Part shown: positions 9,029-19,051 of the stretch, piece by piece
How the letters are laid out: every line of letters begins with the position of its first letter
Numbering within the stretch: the stretch's first letter is position 1
Source of the DNA: a virus
Lineage: Duplodnaviria; Heunggongvirae; Uroviricota; Caudoviricetes
Strand: one strand, 5' to 3'
Virus record (IMG/VR): IMGVR_UViG_3300048670_001104
Length of the DNA: 64,000 nucleotides
Translations under genes and position numbers: made by a program
Notes under the pieces: model-generated
Database searches by the model: none
Told to the model about the DNA's origin: nothing
What the model saw: only the letters and a program-made list of their open reading frames with translations

Positions 9029-12000
9029 TTATAATCTTCCTACTACGATTTCTATCATGCCTTCGGTGCCGTTGAAATCTTCTAATGCCTTGCCGATCAC
9101 AGAACCTAATATGGGATTGTGCTCTGCTCGTGCTTGACCGTCACCTGTTGCGACCATCATGTCACCTTTGGCTACTGTGCCAACCACTGATGTTGGCACA
9201 CGACCGGTCAGAGCCACTGCTATTGTGTGGTCGCCTTGCAGTCCAGAATTCATCACATGTGCTGGGTTGGTACTAACCACACCGGCTACTCTGCGACTGG
9301 AATCTGTTGTACTTATTGTTACTTCTTGCGTGCCACCAAATACTACCACAGTACCTGGCTCGTAAGCAGCATCCGTGGTATACATCTCTGCCAAGTCAGC
9401 ATACAGTGCTGTGGTGGCTTGTGCAAATATTTTGTTGAAGTAGGTACTGGATGACCCGATGTTGCCCACACCATTGCCTGCACCGTTGGTGATAGCAGTG
9501 GTCGCGCTGTTGATGGTTAAGCCAGTCAATGTGCCTACTGAGGTGATATTGCCCTGTGCTGCTGTGGTCACGGTTCCAGCAACCACAGCAGTAGTGGCAT
9601 TAGCCACTGTGCCTGACACATTGGCACCTGGGATACTAGTGAGACCTGCACCAGAACCGTTGAATTGGCTTCCGGTCACTGTGCCAGTCGCAGATATCAA
9701 GCCACCTGTATTAACATTACCGGCAGTCAAGTTACCGGTTAAACTGGCACTGGTTGTGAGGATCGTACCCACAATAGTACCAATGATATTGCCACCACTG
9801 ATGTTGCCTGTCCCGGAAATGATTCCAGATCCAAATAATATGTTACCACCAGTTACATTACCTGTGGTTGTGAAACTACCAGCAGTGACGCTGCCTGTGC
9901 CCGAAATTGCTCCACCGGAACCGGTTGTGGTGATGCCAGCAGCAGTGACATTACCCACCGCACTAACACTTGATCCGGTATTGACATTACCAGTAGCTGT
10001 TACTGATCCGGTAACTGATGCACCGGTGCTGAGAAACACTGCTATATTGGAAATTCCGCCCACGGTGACGATCGCAGAGCTATTGGCCACTGGGATACTG
10101 ATAGCACTGGTTCCGTTGGCAATACCGTTGGCTGTGCTGGTCACAGTAAGACCGGTAAGACTAGCACCGTTACCTAGGATATATGACCCGATCACGTTGC
10201 CAATGGCGCTGATGTTTGTTGCAGCAGTGACGTTGCCACTTACTGATACCTGTGTGCCGGTGAAACTGGCAGCATTCACAATGTTAGTGGCAATCACATT
10301 TTGGGCATTCAGGTTACCAGTCAAGCTGGCACTGGTAGTGGCAATGGTGCCCACGATTGTGCCTATGATATTGCCACCACTGATGTTGCCTGCGGCCGAT
10401 ATTGCACCACCGGTCAATATGTTAGCACCGGTAATATTACCACTCAATGACATCTGTGTGCCGATATAACTTGATGCACTTACAATATTACCGGCAATCA
10501 CACTGCTGGCATTCAAGTTACCGGTCAAGCTGGCACTGGTTGTGGCAATTGTTCCTACAATAGTTCCTATAATATTGCCGCCGGTGATGTTGCCTGTGGC
10601 ACTTATCTGACCACTGGTTCTTAAATTACCAGCATCAACATTACCACTCACTGATACCAATGTACCGGTATGACTTGCTGCATTTACAATATTACCGGCA
10701 ATCACACTGCTGGCGGTCAGGTTGCCAGTCAAGCTGGCACTGGTTGTGGCGATGGTGCCCACGATTGTGCCTATGATATTACCACCGGTGATGTTGCCGG
10801 TTGCCGATATCACGCCGCCGGTCAACAAGTTACTGCCTGTGATATTGCCGCTTACCGATAACAACCCACCGGTGAAGCTGGCTGCATTAGATATTGTGGT
10901 AGCAATCACATTGTTGGCGTTCAAGTTACCAGTCAAGCTGGCACTGGATGTGGCAATGGTCCCCACAATGGTGCCAATTATGTTACCGCCACTGATGTTG
11001 CCGGTGGCACTGATCACGCCACCGGTTAACAAGTTGCCACCCGTGACATTGCCACTCACACTCACTGATGTGCCGGTGAAACTGGCTGCATTCACAATGG
11101 TGGTGGCAATCACATTGTTGGCATTCAAGTTACCGGTCAAACTGGCACTGGTTGTGGCAATGGTACCTAGAATTGTACCAAAGATATTTCCACCGGTGAT
11201 GTTGCCTGCTGTGCTGATGATACCAGATCCAGCCAATAAGTTGCCGCCTGTGATATTGCCCGTGGCACTGACTTGCGCTCCTGTGGTCAAGTTGCCGCCG
11301 GTGACATTGCCTGTGGCAGTGACCAATCCGCCAGTTCTTACATTTCCGGCATCAATATTACCAGTCAAGCTGGCACTGGATGTGAGGATAGTGCCAGTGA
11401 TGGTACCGTTGATATTACCACCTGTGATGTTGCCCGTGGCACTGATCTCGCCACCGGTCAATATGTTGCCACCGGTCACATTGCCTGATACAGAAACTGC
11501 GGTTCCTGTATGTGCGCCTGCAACCACGTTTCCGCTGGTGCTGATTGTGTTGGTTGAGCTAATGGGAGATGTGGTGTTGAGACTGCTCAACACATTACCA
11601 CTCAAACTCAATACAGCAGCGTTCAAATTACTACCTGTGACATTGCCACTGGTATTGACATTGCCAGCAGTCAAATTACCTGAAAGACTGATGGCTGCCA
11701 CAAGAATAGTGCCGGTGATGTTGCCATTGATATTGCCGCCGGTGATGTTGCCTGTGGCACTGATCACGCCACTGGTTAACAAGTTGCCACCTGCGACATT
11801 GCCACTCACTGACACAATGGTACCGGTATGACTGGCTGCATTTATAATATTGCCAATGCTTGCATTGTTAGCAGTGATGTTGCCACTTAAACTGGCACTG
11901 GTTGTGGCAATAGTTCCCACGATTGTGCCAATGATATTGTTACCAGTGATGTTGCCAGTGGCACTTATAACACCGCCGGTCAATATGTTACCACCGGTCA

Positions 12001-13834
12001 CATTGCCCGATACTGATACCACCGCACCGGTATGGCTGGCCACGTTCACTATGGTGGTGAACATGCCATTATTGGCAGTGACATTGCCTACAACCGATAC
12101 GGCTGTGCCCAACAAACTGCTTCCGGTAATGTTACCTGTGGCTGTGATCTGACCAGCAGTTTGTAAGTTACCTGTGGCAGTGACCAGGCCGGCAGTGCGT
12201 AGGTTTCCTGCTTGAACATTACCTGCGGTTGACATCAATCCCGAAGTGTTGAGATTGCCGCCATCGATATTTCCAGTCACTGACACTATGGTTCCAGTTA
12301 AACTAGCAGCATTAAAAACAGTCGATATACTGAGATTGTTAGCATTGATGTTGCCCAACAGACTGATGCCAGTTGAGGTAAATGTGGCCACCGGAGTGAT
12401 ACCAGCCACAGCCACGGTTACATTTCCATTAGCGGCCACAGACACGCTTGAATTGCCGTTGATGATTTGACTACCGGTGCTGATAGAGAGATTGGTAATA
12501 TAGGCACCGTCACCCACAAAATACGCACCGGTACTGATGTTTCCGGTAACACTCACTGTCGACCCTGTATGGCTGGCTGCATTGACAATGGTGGTGGCTA
12601 TGACATTGTTGGCTGTGACATTGCCAGTCACGCTTACTACAGCACCTGTGTGACTGGCCACATTCACAATGTTAGTGAACTGGCCATTATTGGCAATCAC
12701 ATTTCCAGTGACCGATAATGTGGGAGCAGTGAAACTAGTCGTGACACTGATATTGTTGGCTTGGATATTGCCCGACACTGAAACAAGCCCGCCTGTGAAG
12801 CTGGCTGCATTGGCCCGTGTGGTGGCAACGATATTGTTGGCAGTGACATTGCCCGAAGTTGATATCTGTCCTGCTGTGTTTAAATTGCCGCCAGTGATGT
12901 TGCCTGACACTGACACCACGGCACCTGTGTGACTGGCCACGTTCACGATGTTAGTGAACATACCATTATTGGCAGTGACATTGCCGGTCACACTCACCAG
13001 GCCACCGGTATGGCTGGCAGCATTGGCAAGTGTGGTGGCAAAGATATTGTTGGAAGTGACGTTGCCACCAATACTAACACCGGACGCAGTGAACACAGCC
13101 ACATTGTTTCCAGTCACCACCACAGACACATTCGAATTCAGATCCACATTGACGTTGCTGGTGCCGTTGATAATGTAACTACCGGCACCAACTGATAGAT
13201 TAGACAGTTGGCTACCATCACCGATGAAAAAGCCACCGGTCACAACATTGCCTGCTGCTGACACTATATTAGAAGCATTGACATTGTTGGCCTTTACATT
13301 GCCAGTGGATGAGATGGTTCCTGTAACCGTGGCCACATTGGCAGCCGAGTCAAAAGTAAATCCTGCTGCGGCACCGGCATTGCCTGCGTTATTGAACAAC
13401 ACCTGTGTGTTAGAACCAGGAACTGTGAGATTACCAGCAATATTACCTGCAAATGTTCCAATGAAATACCCACTGGTGTTGATATTGCCTGTAGAAAAAA
13501 TCTGGCCGCCGGTGTTGAGGTTGGCCCCGGTGATGTTGCCTGTGGCTGAAATATTTCCAGCCAAGATGTTGCCGGCGCCACCGGTGATGTTTAATGAATT
13601 GGCATTTAGAATATTTGCAGTGACATTGCCAGATGCTGTGACCGACACCACGCTGACTGCGTTGGTCCACGATCTCACTCCATTGGTTCCCAGTGCAAGC
13701 AGGTCATTGGCATTGGTGCCGTTGCCGAGATTTGGTTCGGCTTGATTTAATCCCAAGAATTCATAACGATCGGCTGTGAGATTGCCCAGATCGGTTACTG
13801 GCACCCGTCCACTGATAAGTTTGATTGAGCTCAT
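9029..13834 (-). CDS. giant repetitive tail-fiber-like protein (1601 aa)
   Basis: Dozens of GN-rich units (VSVSGNVTGGNLLTGGVISATGNITGGNIIGTIVGTIATTSASLTGNLNANNVIA...). C-terminal module shared with 7759..8868. Confidence 0.8.
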   Translation of the reverse strand: MSSIKLISGRVPVTDLGNLTADRYEFLGLNQAEPNLGNGTNANDLLALGTNGVRSWTNAVSVVSVTASGNVTANILNANSLNITGGAGNILAGNISATGNITGANLNTGGQIFSTGNINTSGYFIGTFAGNIAGNLTVPGSNTQVLFNNAGNAGAAAGFTFDSAANVATVTGTISSTGNVKANNVNASNIVSAAGNVVTGGFFIGDGSQLSNLSVGAGSYIINGTSNVNVDLNSNVSVVVTGNNVAVFTASGVSIGGNVTSNNIFATTLANAASHTGGLVSVTGNVTANNGMFTNIVNVASHTGAVVSVSGNITGGNLNTAGQISTSGNVTANNIVATTRANAASFTGGLVSVSGNIQANNISVTTSFTAPTLSVTGNVIANNGQFTNIVNVASHTGAVVSVTGNVTANNVIATTIVNAASHTGSTVSVTGNISTGAYFVGDGAYITNLSISTGSQIINGNSSVSVAANGNVTVAVAGITPVATFTSTGISLLGNINANNLSISTVFNAASLTGTIVSVTGNIDGGNLNTSGLMSTAGNVQAGNLRTAGLVTATGNLQTAGQITATGNITGSSLLGTAVSVVGNVTANNGMFTTIVNVASHTGAVVSVSGNVTGGNILTGGVISATGNITGNNIIGTIVGTIATTSASLSGNITANNASIGNIINAASHTGTIVSVSGNVAGGNLLTSGVISATGNITGGNINGNITGTILVAAISLSGNLTAGNVNTSGNVTGSNLNAAVLSLSGNVLSSLNTTSPISSTNTISTSGNVVAGAHTGTAVSVSGNVTGGNILTGGEISATGNITGGNINGTITGTILTSSASLTGNIDAGNVRTGGLVTATGNVTGGNLTTGAQVSATGNITGGNLLAGSGIISTAGNITGGNIFGTILGTIATTSASLTGNLNANNVIATTIVNAASFTGTSVSVSGNVTGGNLLTGGVISATGNISGGNIIGTIVGTIATSSASLTGNLNANNVIATTISNAASFTGGLLSVSGNITGSNLLTGGVISATGNITGGNIIGTIVGTIATTSASLTGNLTASSVIAGNIVNAASHTGTLVSVSGNVDAGNLRTSGQISATGNITGGNIIGTIVGTIATTSASLTGNLNASSVIAGNIVSASSYIGTQMSLSGNITGANILTGGAISAAGNISGGNIIGTIVGTIATTSASLTGNLNAQNVIATNIVNAASFTGTQVSVSGNVTAATNISAIGNVIGSYILGNGASLTGLTVTSTANGIANGTSAISIPVANSSAIVTVGGISNIAVFLSTGASVTGSVTATGNVNTGSSVSAVGNVTAAGITTTGSGGAISGTGSVTAGSFTTTGNVTGGNILFGSGIISGTGNISGGNIIGTIVGTILTTSASLTGNLTAGNVNTGGLISATGTVTGSQFNGSGAGLTSIPGANVSGTVANATTAVVAGTVTTAAQGNITSVGTLTGLTINSATTAITNGAGNGVGNIGSSSTYFNKIFAQATTALYADLAEMYTTDAAYEPGTVVVFGGTQEVTISTTDSSRRVAGVVSTNPAHVMNSGLQGDHTIAVALTGRVPTSVVGTVAKGDMMVATGDGQARAEHNPILGSVIGKALEDFNGTEGMIEIVVGRL
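9990..12010. repeat. tandem ~204-nt (68-codon) repeats inside the giant fiber gene
   Basis: The motif caagctggcactgg recurs at 10322, 10526, 10730, 10934 (period 204) and then at ~11148, ~11376, ~11889 with drift. These repeats generate long shadow ORFs on the plus strand. Confidence 0.8.
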
Positions 13835-13841
13835 TCTGGCT

Positions 13842-14177
13842 TTATCCTGTTGATGTTTCTAACACGCTCAATGTCAATTGCGAAGCAGAATTTGCGCTGG
13901 CACCCACTGCAAAACTGTCTCCGGTCTGCAATATCAATCTACCGCCCACAAGATTTATAGCATCGTTTGACGGAAGTGACGCATCTCTCACCAGGGCCAC
14001 GTTGTTTCCGCCTATCTGAAATATATTTCCACTCACTGTGATGGTGTTACCGGTGAGATTACTCACCTGCGCCAACAGCACTACCGCGCTGTAACCACTA
14101 GGGCAAGTGTAAACATTGCCAATGGCAGTGGTCACGTTTACTGTTACTGTTTTAAATGCATTTAATACTGCTGGCAT
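13842..14177 (-). CDS. hypothetical virion-associated protein
   Basis: 111 aa, N/G/T-rich like the neighbouring fibers. AAGGAA RBS. Confidence 0.5.
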   Translation of the reverse strand: MPAVLNAFKTVTVNVTTAIGNVYTCPSGYSAVVLLAQVSNLTGNTITVSGNIFQIGGNNVALVRDASLPSNDAINLVGGRLILQTGDSFAVGASANSASQLTLSVLETSTG

Positions 14178-14197
14178 AATGATTCCTTAACTGTTAC

Positions 14198-16561
14198 TTA
14201 TGGCACTTCTTGCAAGGCCAAAATGTAGGGGGTCATGATCGCAAACAAGGATCTGTAAAAGTCATCACCACTCACTGTTCCTGTTGCTTGATTTACTGTA
14301 AACCCTGACCCTACTTTAAAATTACCTTTGTGGTCAGTGCTGGTAAAAGTGACTACACCACCATTTACTTCCACCACTTCTTGGTCTGACACTGGTATAC
14401 CACCATATTGTGGTAATGCTGTGGCAGGATTGGTGCCTGCACCAATATATTCAAATGTATGTGCGCTGGCAATAATAGCACTGCGGGTGTAGAATTCCAC
14501 ACCGGTGTTGGGCACTAGATTGGCTGAGAATGTTTCCTGGATGACCACAGTGGTATTACCTGCCGACGGGGTCTCGGGCAGTATGGTATCAATGGTGTAA
14601 TAGTTTATGGGAAAAAGATTCACATCCCAAGAACTGTATGTGCCTGATCCGTTTGTATCAGTTGCATCAACCACCAGAGCGCCTGTTCCGGAATTATATG
14701 ATTGCACTGTGCCGGTCAAGAAATTCACCGAATCATAGTCTATGATCACGTTTTGTCCTGCCGAATACGATAATCCTGTTCCTATGGTCAACGCAGCCAC
14801 CTGTACCGCAATGGTAAGTGTGGTGCTGCTGGTGGTGACATAATCGGCATCATTTATGACCATGACCGTATTCACGTTAGGTCTTACATTGCTCAAACTG
14901 CTGTTGCTGATCACAAAATTTCCACCAGTGCTGTAACCCACGGTATTGCCCGAAGTTTGTAGTGGCCCAATACCTTCAGATACCAATCCAAAATTACCAA
15001 TTGAACAATCTGATCCATTCAATGTACAGAAAGCACCGTATCTGACTCTAAGACCTATATCGCATGCAATAGGATATATGTTCACATGCTGCCCGTAGGC
15101 GCTGTTTAACATATCTACACCAATGCCTCCGCGGTTGATAATGGTGTAAAAGCCCAAGTGCATGGCCTTGGTACTGATATTACTCACAAGACTACCGTCA
15201 ATGCGACAACCAGTTCCTGTGGTTGTAGAGGATGTGATATTCTGTATGTAAGGACTTACAAACACATCCTGTGTGGGTGTGGCAGGATCATAAGCGAAGG
15301 CAGCTCCCAAGTAATCTTTTAAAGTAACACCCCATACATAAGTGCCATTGGTCATGTAGAACATGTCAGTGGCCACATTCAGTGGCAGTATATTTACAGT
15401 TCTAAGATTATCGCCCATCAATGCAGATTTTGGTGGGATAGTGATGGGATTATCTTCAACATATGTGCCCGATGCCACACGCACAGATATATTGCCACCC
15501 AATGCGGTGGCGGCTGTCATTGCAGCCTTGATGGTAAGGAATGGAGTGTTCAATCCACCATTGTTTGAGTCGCTGCCGTTCTTGGCCACATAGAATGTGT
15601 TGGACACGGATGGGATAGGACCCAGCACATTACCACTGGCACTGATTATGCTGGTGTTGATATACTGTGATAGAATGAAATCAGCATCCAGTTCATTATC
15701 AATTGTGACAGTGGCCGAGAATCTCACATCTGGGGTCACTGTGATCTGGCTGCTGTCTCCAGAGTCAATCAAGGTGGTAAAGATATTACCATACACGCCC
15801 TGATTACCTATGACATTGTTGCCAGTGATATTGCCCCCGGCTGTGACCACACCGGCTGTGGTGATATTACTGCCAGTGAGATTGCCAGTGGCGGACACAC
15901 GACCACCGGTATTGAGATTACCGCCTGTGATATTACCCGATGCACTTATCAAACCGGTCACATTTAATCCGCTTGTGGTGAACACAGCAACATTTGATGT
16001 GCCTGCGATTGTGACATTGGCATTGCCGTCCGATGCAAAAAATCCCAATTCACTGCTGCCATAAGCTATGGCATTTCTAGTAATATTACCTGCCAATGTG
16101 GCATTACCTGTGATATTGAGATCACCAAATACAGTCACAAGATTTGGTGATACCTGTAGAGTAAGATTGCCTTGAACTACAGAATTGATCACTCCATCGA
16201 TTGTGGGAATATTGACATTGCTGGTTCCATACACAATAGACCTGGCTTGTGAAATATCTGTGAGAAAATAGCCATTTCCTATAAAATAGTTTCCAGTGGA
16301 TATGTTACCCACAGCCGAAACAGTTTTTCCAATGATTCCGGTGTTGGTAATGGTCAATACATTGGATACGTTGCCCACACCTGCGTAGATGTTGCCATCC
16401 GGTACTGGAATGATTACATTACTGGAGCCATTGGTGATTTTGGTAGTGCCAACCTGGGAGAGGTTGATAAAATTGTTGTTTATCTTTATATAGGCAGTGC
16501 GTAACGGATCACCGTTGCCATCATCCGGTGCAGCACCAACATCGACTAATTCATAGGTCAT
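14198..16561 (-). CDS. structural fiber/spike-like protein (787 aa)
   Basis: GN-rich repeats (GNITGGNLNTGG) plus a central non-repetitive region. GAGGAT RBS. TAAATA motif ~30 nt upstream. Confidence 0.7.
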   Translation of the reverse strand: MTYELVDVGAAPDDGNGDPLRTAYIKINNNFINLSQVGTTKITNGSSNVIIPVPDGNIYAGVGNVSNVLTITNTGIIGKTVSAVGNISTGNYFIGNGYFLTDISQARSIVYGTSNVNIPTIDGVINSVVQGNLTLQVSPNLVTVFGDLNITGNATLAGNITRNAIAYGSSELGFFASDGNANVTIAGTSNVAVFTTSGLNVTGLISASGNITGGNLNTGGRVSATGNLTGSNITTAGVVTAGGNITGNNVIGNQGVYGNIFTTLIDSGDSSQITVTPDVRFSATVTIDNELDADFILSQYINTSIISASGNVLGPIPSVSNTFYVAKNGSDSNNGGLNTPFLTIKAAMTAATALGGNISVRVASGTYVEDNPITIPPKSALMGDNLRTVNILPLNVATDMFYMTNGTYVWGVTLKDYLGAAFAYDPATPTQDVFVSPYIQNITSSTTTGTGCRIDGSLVSNISTKAMHLGFYTIINRGGIGVDMLNSAYGQHVNIYPIACDIGLRVRYGAFCTLNGSDCSIGNFGLVSEGIGPLQTSGNTVGYSTGGNFVISNSSLSNVRPNVNTVMVINDADYVTTSSTTLTIAVQVAALTIGTGLSYSAGQNVIIDYDSVNFLTGTVQSYNSGTGALVVDATDTNGSGTYSSWDVNLFPINYYTIDTILPETPSAGNTTVVIQETFSANLVPNTGVEFYTRSAIIASAHTFEYIGAGTNPATALPQYGGIPVSDQEVVEVNGGVVTFTSTDHKGNFKVGSGFTVNQATGTVSGDDFYRSLFAIMTPYILALQEVP

Positions 16562-16613
16562 AGATACATATCCTCTGGTGTATTTACCAGAGCTGTGTAT
16601 CTAGTGTATTATG

Positions 16614-16934
16614 CTAAACGGAGAAACTTGATCCGCAGCCGCAGGTGGTTTTTGCAGCGGGATTATTGATCACAAAACTGGATCCCATGACATCTTCACG
16701 GTAATCTATTGTGCTGTCTTGTAGATATTGCATGCTCATGGCATCTACTACCACACGAACTTCTTCATAGTTAAAGTCAAAATCATCATCATTTTGATCT
16801 TCGTCAAAGGTGAATCCATAACTGAATCCCGAACATCCACCACCCTGCACAAATACTCTGAGCTTGAGATCAGGATTGGCTTCTTCGGCAATGAGTTCTC
16901 GCAGTTTGCTAACTGCTCCAGTTTCTAGTTTCAT
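16614..16934 (-). CDS. A-type Fe-S cluster carrier (IscA/HesB/ErpA family)
   Basis: [11 protein letters not shown] and the C-terminal CGCGSSF cysteine motif, typical of HesB/IscA. Confidence 0.85.
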   Translation of the reverse strand: MKLETGAVSKLRELIAEEANPDLKLRVFVQGGGCSGFSYGFTFDEDQNDDDFDFNYEEVRVVVDAMSMQYLQDSTIDYREDVMGSSFVINNPAAKTTCGCGSSFSV

Positions 16935-16946
16935 AATTGATTCCGT

Positions 16947-17489
16947 TTATAGTCTTTCTGAGCACACATCCCAGTTGATGATGCGCCAGATATTGTTGAG
17001 ATATTTCTCTTTGTCCCACTGATAGTCTGTGGCCCACACATGCTCCCACCAGTCAATAAGTACGCATATATCTGTACGCACAGCATGATTTGCGATGGTC
17101 TTGATCTCTCCACCAGTGCTGAGATATACCCAGCCGGATCCTTGGATCTTCATGGCTTTTTCTTTCACAGCGTCCTGGAATGCTTCATAACTCTTGAACT
17201 TGCGTTCAATCAGTTCTAGCACAGCACCACGCGGGCGATTTGTGCCCTTGGGCGGTTGTAGTTGTGGGAAGAATTTGTTGTGTAAGAAACTGCCAGCACG
17301 GTTGAAATCAGGATCACCTTCGCCGGCATTGTAGCGTTTGGCATAGCCCGTGGCCAGATGCCCGTAGTGATAGTTGATACTGTCTGCACTCAGCACAGGT
17401 GCCAAATCATCTGGAGAATAGGGCAGTGGAGTGGTTTCCAACTTGGTTGGACGAGTGGTGGCTTCTATGAGATCAATATGTTCACGCAT
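16947..17489 (-). CDS. Fe/Mn superoxide dismutase
   Basis: LPYSPDDLAP..INYHYGH, FLHNKFF, GSGWVYL and DWWEHVW motifs. All four metal ligands of Fe/Mn SOD (His, His, Asp, His) are present. Confidence 0.82.
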   Translation of the reverse strand: MREHIDLIEATTRPTKLETTPLPYSPDDLAPVLSADSINYHYGHLATGYAKRYNAGEGDPDFNRAGSFLHNKFFPQLQPPKGTNRPRGAVLELIERKFKSYEAFQDAVKEKAMKIQGSGWVYLSTGGEIKTIANHAVRTDICVLIDWWEHVWATDYQWDKEKYLNNIWRIINWDVCSERL

Positions 17490-17497
17490 GTGAGTAT

Positions 17498-17716
17498 TTA
17501 GCGGCGGCGAGTTATACGACCTCTGGTGAGATCATAAGGTGAGAACTCAATCAACACACGGTCACCCAGTAGGATTTTAATATCATGTTTACGCATGCGG
17601 CCAGAGATGTATCCGATCACGGGTTTTGTTACACCATCTAACTGTATACGGAACATGGTATTGGGCAGCACTTCTAGTACCTTGCCTTCTAATTCTAGTG
17701 TTTCTTCTTTGGCCAT
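17498..17716 (-). CDS. infA: translation initiation factor IF-1
   Basis: [68 protein letters not shown] aligns almost residue-for-residue with bacterial IF-1. Start set at the internal Met (ORF track 17498..17869). Confidence 0.85.
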   Translation of the reverse strand: MAKEETLELEGKVLEVLPNTMFRIQLDGVTKPVIGYISGRMRKHDIKILLGDRVLIEFSPYDLTRGRITRRR

Positions 17717-17723
17717 TCGTGCA

Positions 17724-18176
17724 TTACTTAGCGAAACTGATCTCCGCGGTAATCTTCTGTAGCCGATCATAGCGGAAACTGCGCCAGGCATTCTGATCCA
17801 GATCATACACACGCTGTGTGACAGGATCAGGTTCCTTGCGTAGCTTTCGGCTTTCTGCAAGCCCATCAATGTTCACAGTAGAACTAGCCTCAATCTCTGT
17901 GGGCACAGGTTTGGGAGGCGCAGGTGGAATTCGACTTCGGTCCAGAGTGCATCGCATGTCTCGTACAGTGCCATCTGATTTCACAAACTGCACAGTGACT
18001 ATGGTGTTGCCCAGCAGATTCTGCACCCAGCCACGGATCTGTTTTCGGTCAGCCTCGTCGGCTTCCTGATATTGTGTGCCCGGCTGACCTTTTAGCAGCC
18101 GGAACACTTCTGCTTTTTCCCAATCTAATGTATCCATAACATCTCCTCTAAAAGTTAACGACCGTTTTTTCTTCAT
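17724..18176 (-). CDS. hypothetical protein
   Basis: 150 aa. ATGA overlap with the upstream paralog gene at 18173-18176. Confidence 0.5.
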   Translation of the reverse strand: MKKKRSLTFRGDVMDTLDWEKAEVFRLLKGQPGTQYQEADEADRKQIRGWVQNLLGNTIVTVQFVKSDGTVRDMRCTLDRSRIPPAPPKPVPTEIEASSTVNIDGLAESRKLRKEPDPVTQRVYDLDQNAWRSFRYDRLQKITAEISFAK

Positions 18177-18391
18177 GACCATCTCAGCAGAAACATTGTG
18201 TAATCTCTATTGTTTTCCCAAATACACCAATCCATGTTATCATCCGCTGGTATATCGAATTTACCCAACAATTCTCTCGCTGCTGCTCTTCGATATTCCG
18301 TTGGCAATTCCATCAGATCAGCAACAAATGGTGCCAATCGACTTTGCAATCTTGGAAACTTGGTCAGTTTATAAAATTGCATTTTAATCAT
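18173..18391 (-). CDS. small protein of FLL(K/R)W(S/Q) paralog family (copy 5)
   Basis: C-terminus ...[18 protein letters not shown]. Start trimmed to the Met whose ATG overlaps the upstream stop (ATGA). Confidence 0.5.
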   Translation of the reverse strand: MIKMQFYKLTKFPRLQSRLAPFVADLMELPTEYRRAAARELLGKFDIPADDNMDWCIWENNRDYTMFLLRWS

Positions 18392-18582
18392 TGCCACCTC
18401 AACAAGAACCATGCAGCATGTTTTTCCTCGCGGAACTCGAACACACCTTCGCCCATATACCCCCACCCATCGTCGATATGCCTACCGAATTGTTTCGAGC
18501 ACCATTCAACACAAGGTGTCCACCCTTGATTGACCAAAGGGGACATCACGCTGACCACATACCATCCGTTGACCGGGTTCAT
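18388..18582 (-). CDS. small protein of FLL(K/R)W(S/Q) paralog family (copy 4)
   Basis: ...EWCSKQFG...EKHAAWFLLRWQ. ATGA junction at 18579-18582. Confidence 0.5.
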   Translation of the reverse strand: MNPVNGWYVVSVMSPLVNQGWTPCVEWCSKQFGRHIDDGWGYMGEGVFEFREEKHAAWFLLRWQ

Positions 18583-18800
18583 GACCACCTCATCAAGAAC
18601 ATGGTCAGGTCCTGTGGTCGTTTGAAATACCACCGGCCGTTGGAATAACTATAGGTTTCGTCTGGGAAAGTCTCTGAACACCAGGCGCTTTGATCCCACA
18701 ACTCACGGTCGGGTGTGAGCGCATGGGCCGCCGGGGTGCTATGAGTCAGTCGAACTCTGCGGCGACCGTAATCAACATTCAATACAGGATTCTCTGTCAT
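18579..18800 (-). CDS. small protein of FLL(K/R)W(S/Q) paralog family (copy 3)
   Basis: ...AWCSETF...RPQDLTMFLMRWS. ATGA junction at 18797-18800. Confidence 0.5.
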   Translation of the reverse strand: MTENPVLNVDYGRRRVRLTHSTPAAHALTPDRELWDQSAWCSETFPDETYSYSNGRWYFKRPQDLTMFLMRWS

Positions 18801-19051
18801 GACCATTTCAACAGGAACCACACGTAATCTGCTTCATCACGGAACCATAAATGTTGTCCGTTTGTGTACCAACGTTCGTCGGGCAGACTCATTCTCTTTT
18901 TGGGACCATCCAGATGCGTAATGCTGCTGGTAGTTTGGCCAAACTGTTCGTCACACCACCGCACTTGTGTGCTCCATTCTTTTCCACCATTGGGAACAAG
19001 TATAGTATAATAAGGTCGGCCGTATACTGTGCTTTGTTCGTTTGTGTTCAT
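18797..19051 (-). CDS. small protein of FLL(K/R)W(S/Q) paralog family (copy 2)
   Basis: ...RWCDEQFG...DEADYVWFLLKWS. ATGA junction at 19048-19051. Confidence 0.5.
   Translation of the reverse strand: MNTNEQSTVYGRPYYTILVPNGGKEWSTQVRWCDEQFGQTTSSITHLDGPKKRMSLPDERWYTNGQHLWFRDEADYVWFLLKWS

Noticed and set aside
9459-13745. Long plus-strand ORFs (9459..10469, 10722..11831, 11850..12152, 12246..13195, 13224..13745) full of P/V/L/A repeats
   Set aside because: They are antisense shadow ORFs of the GN-rich tandem repeats in the minus-strand fiber gene. Low-complexity composition, no RBS, and they tile the repeat region exactly.
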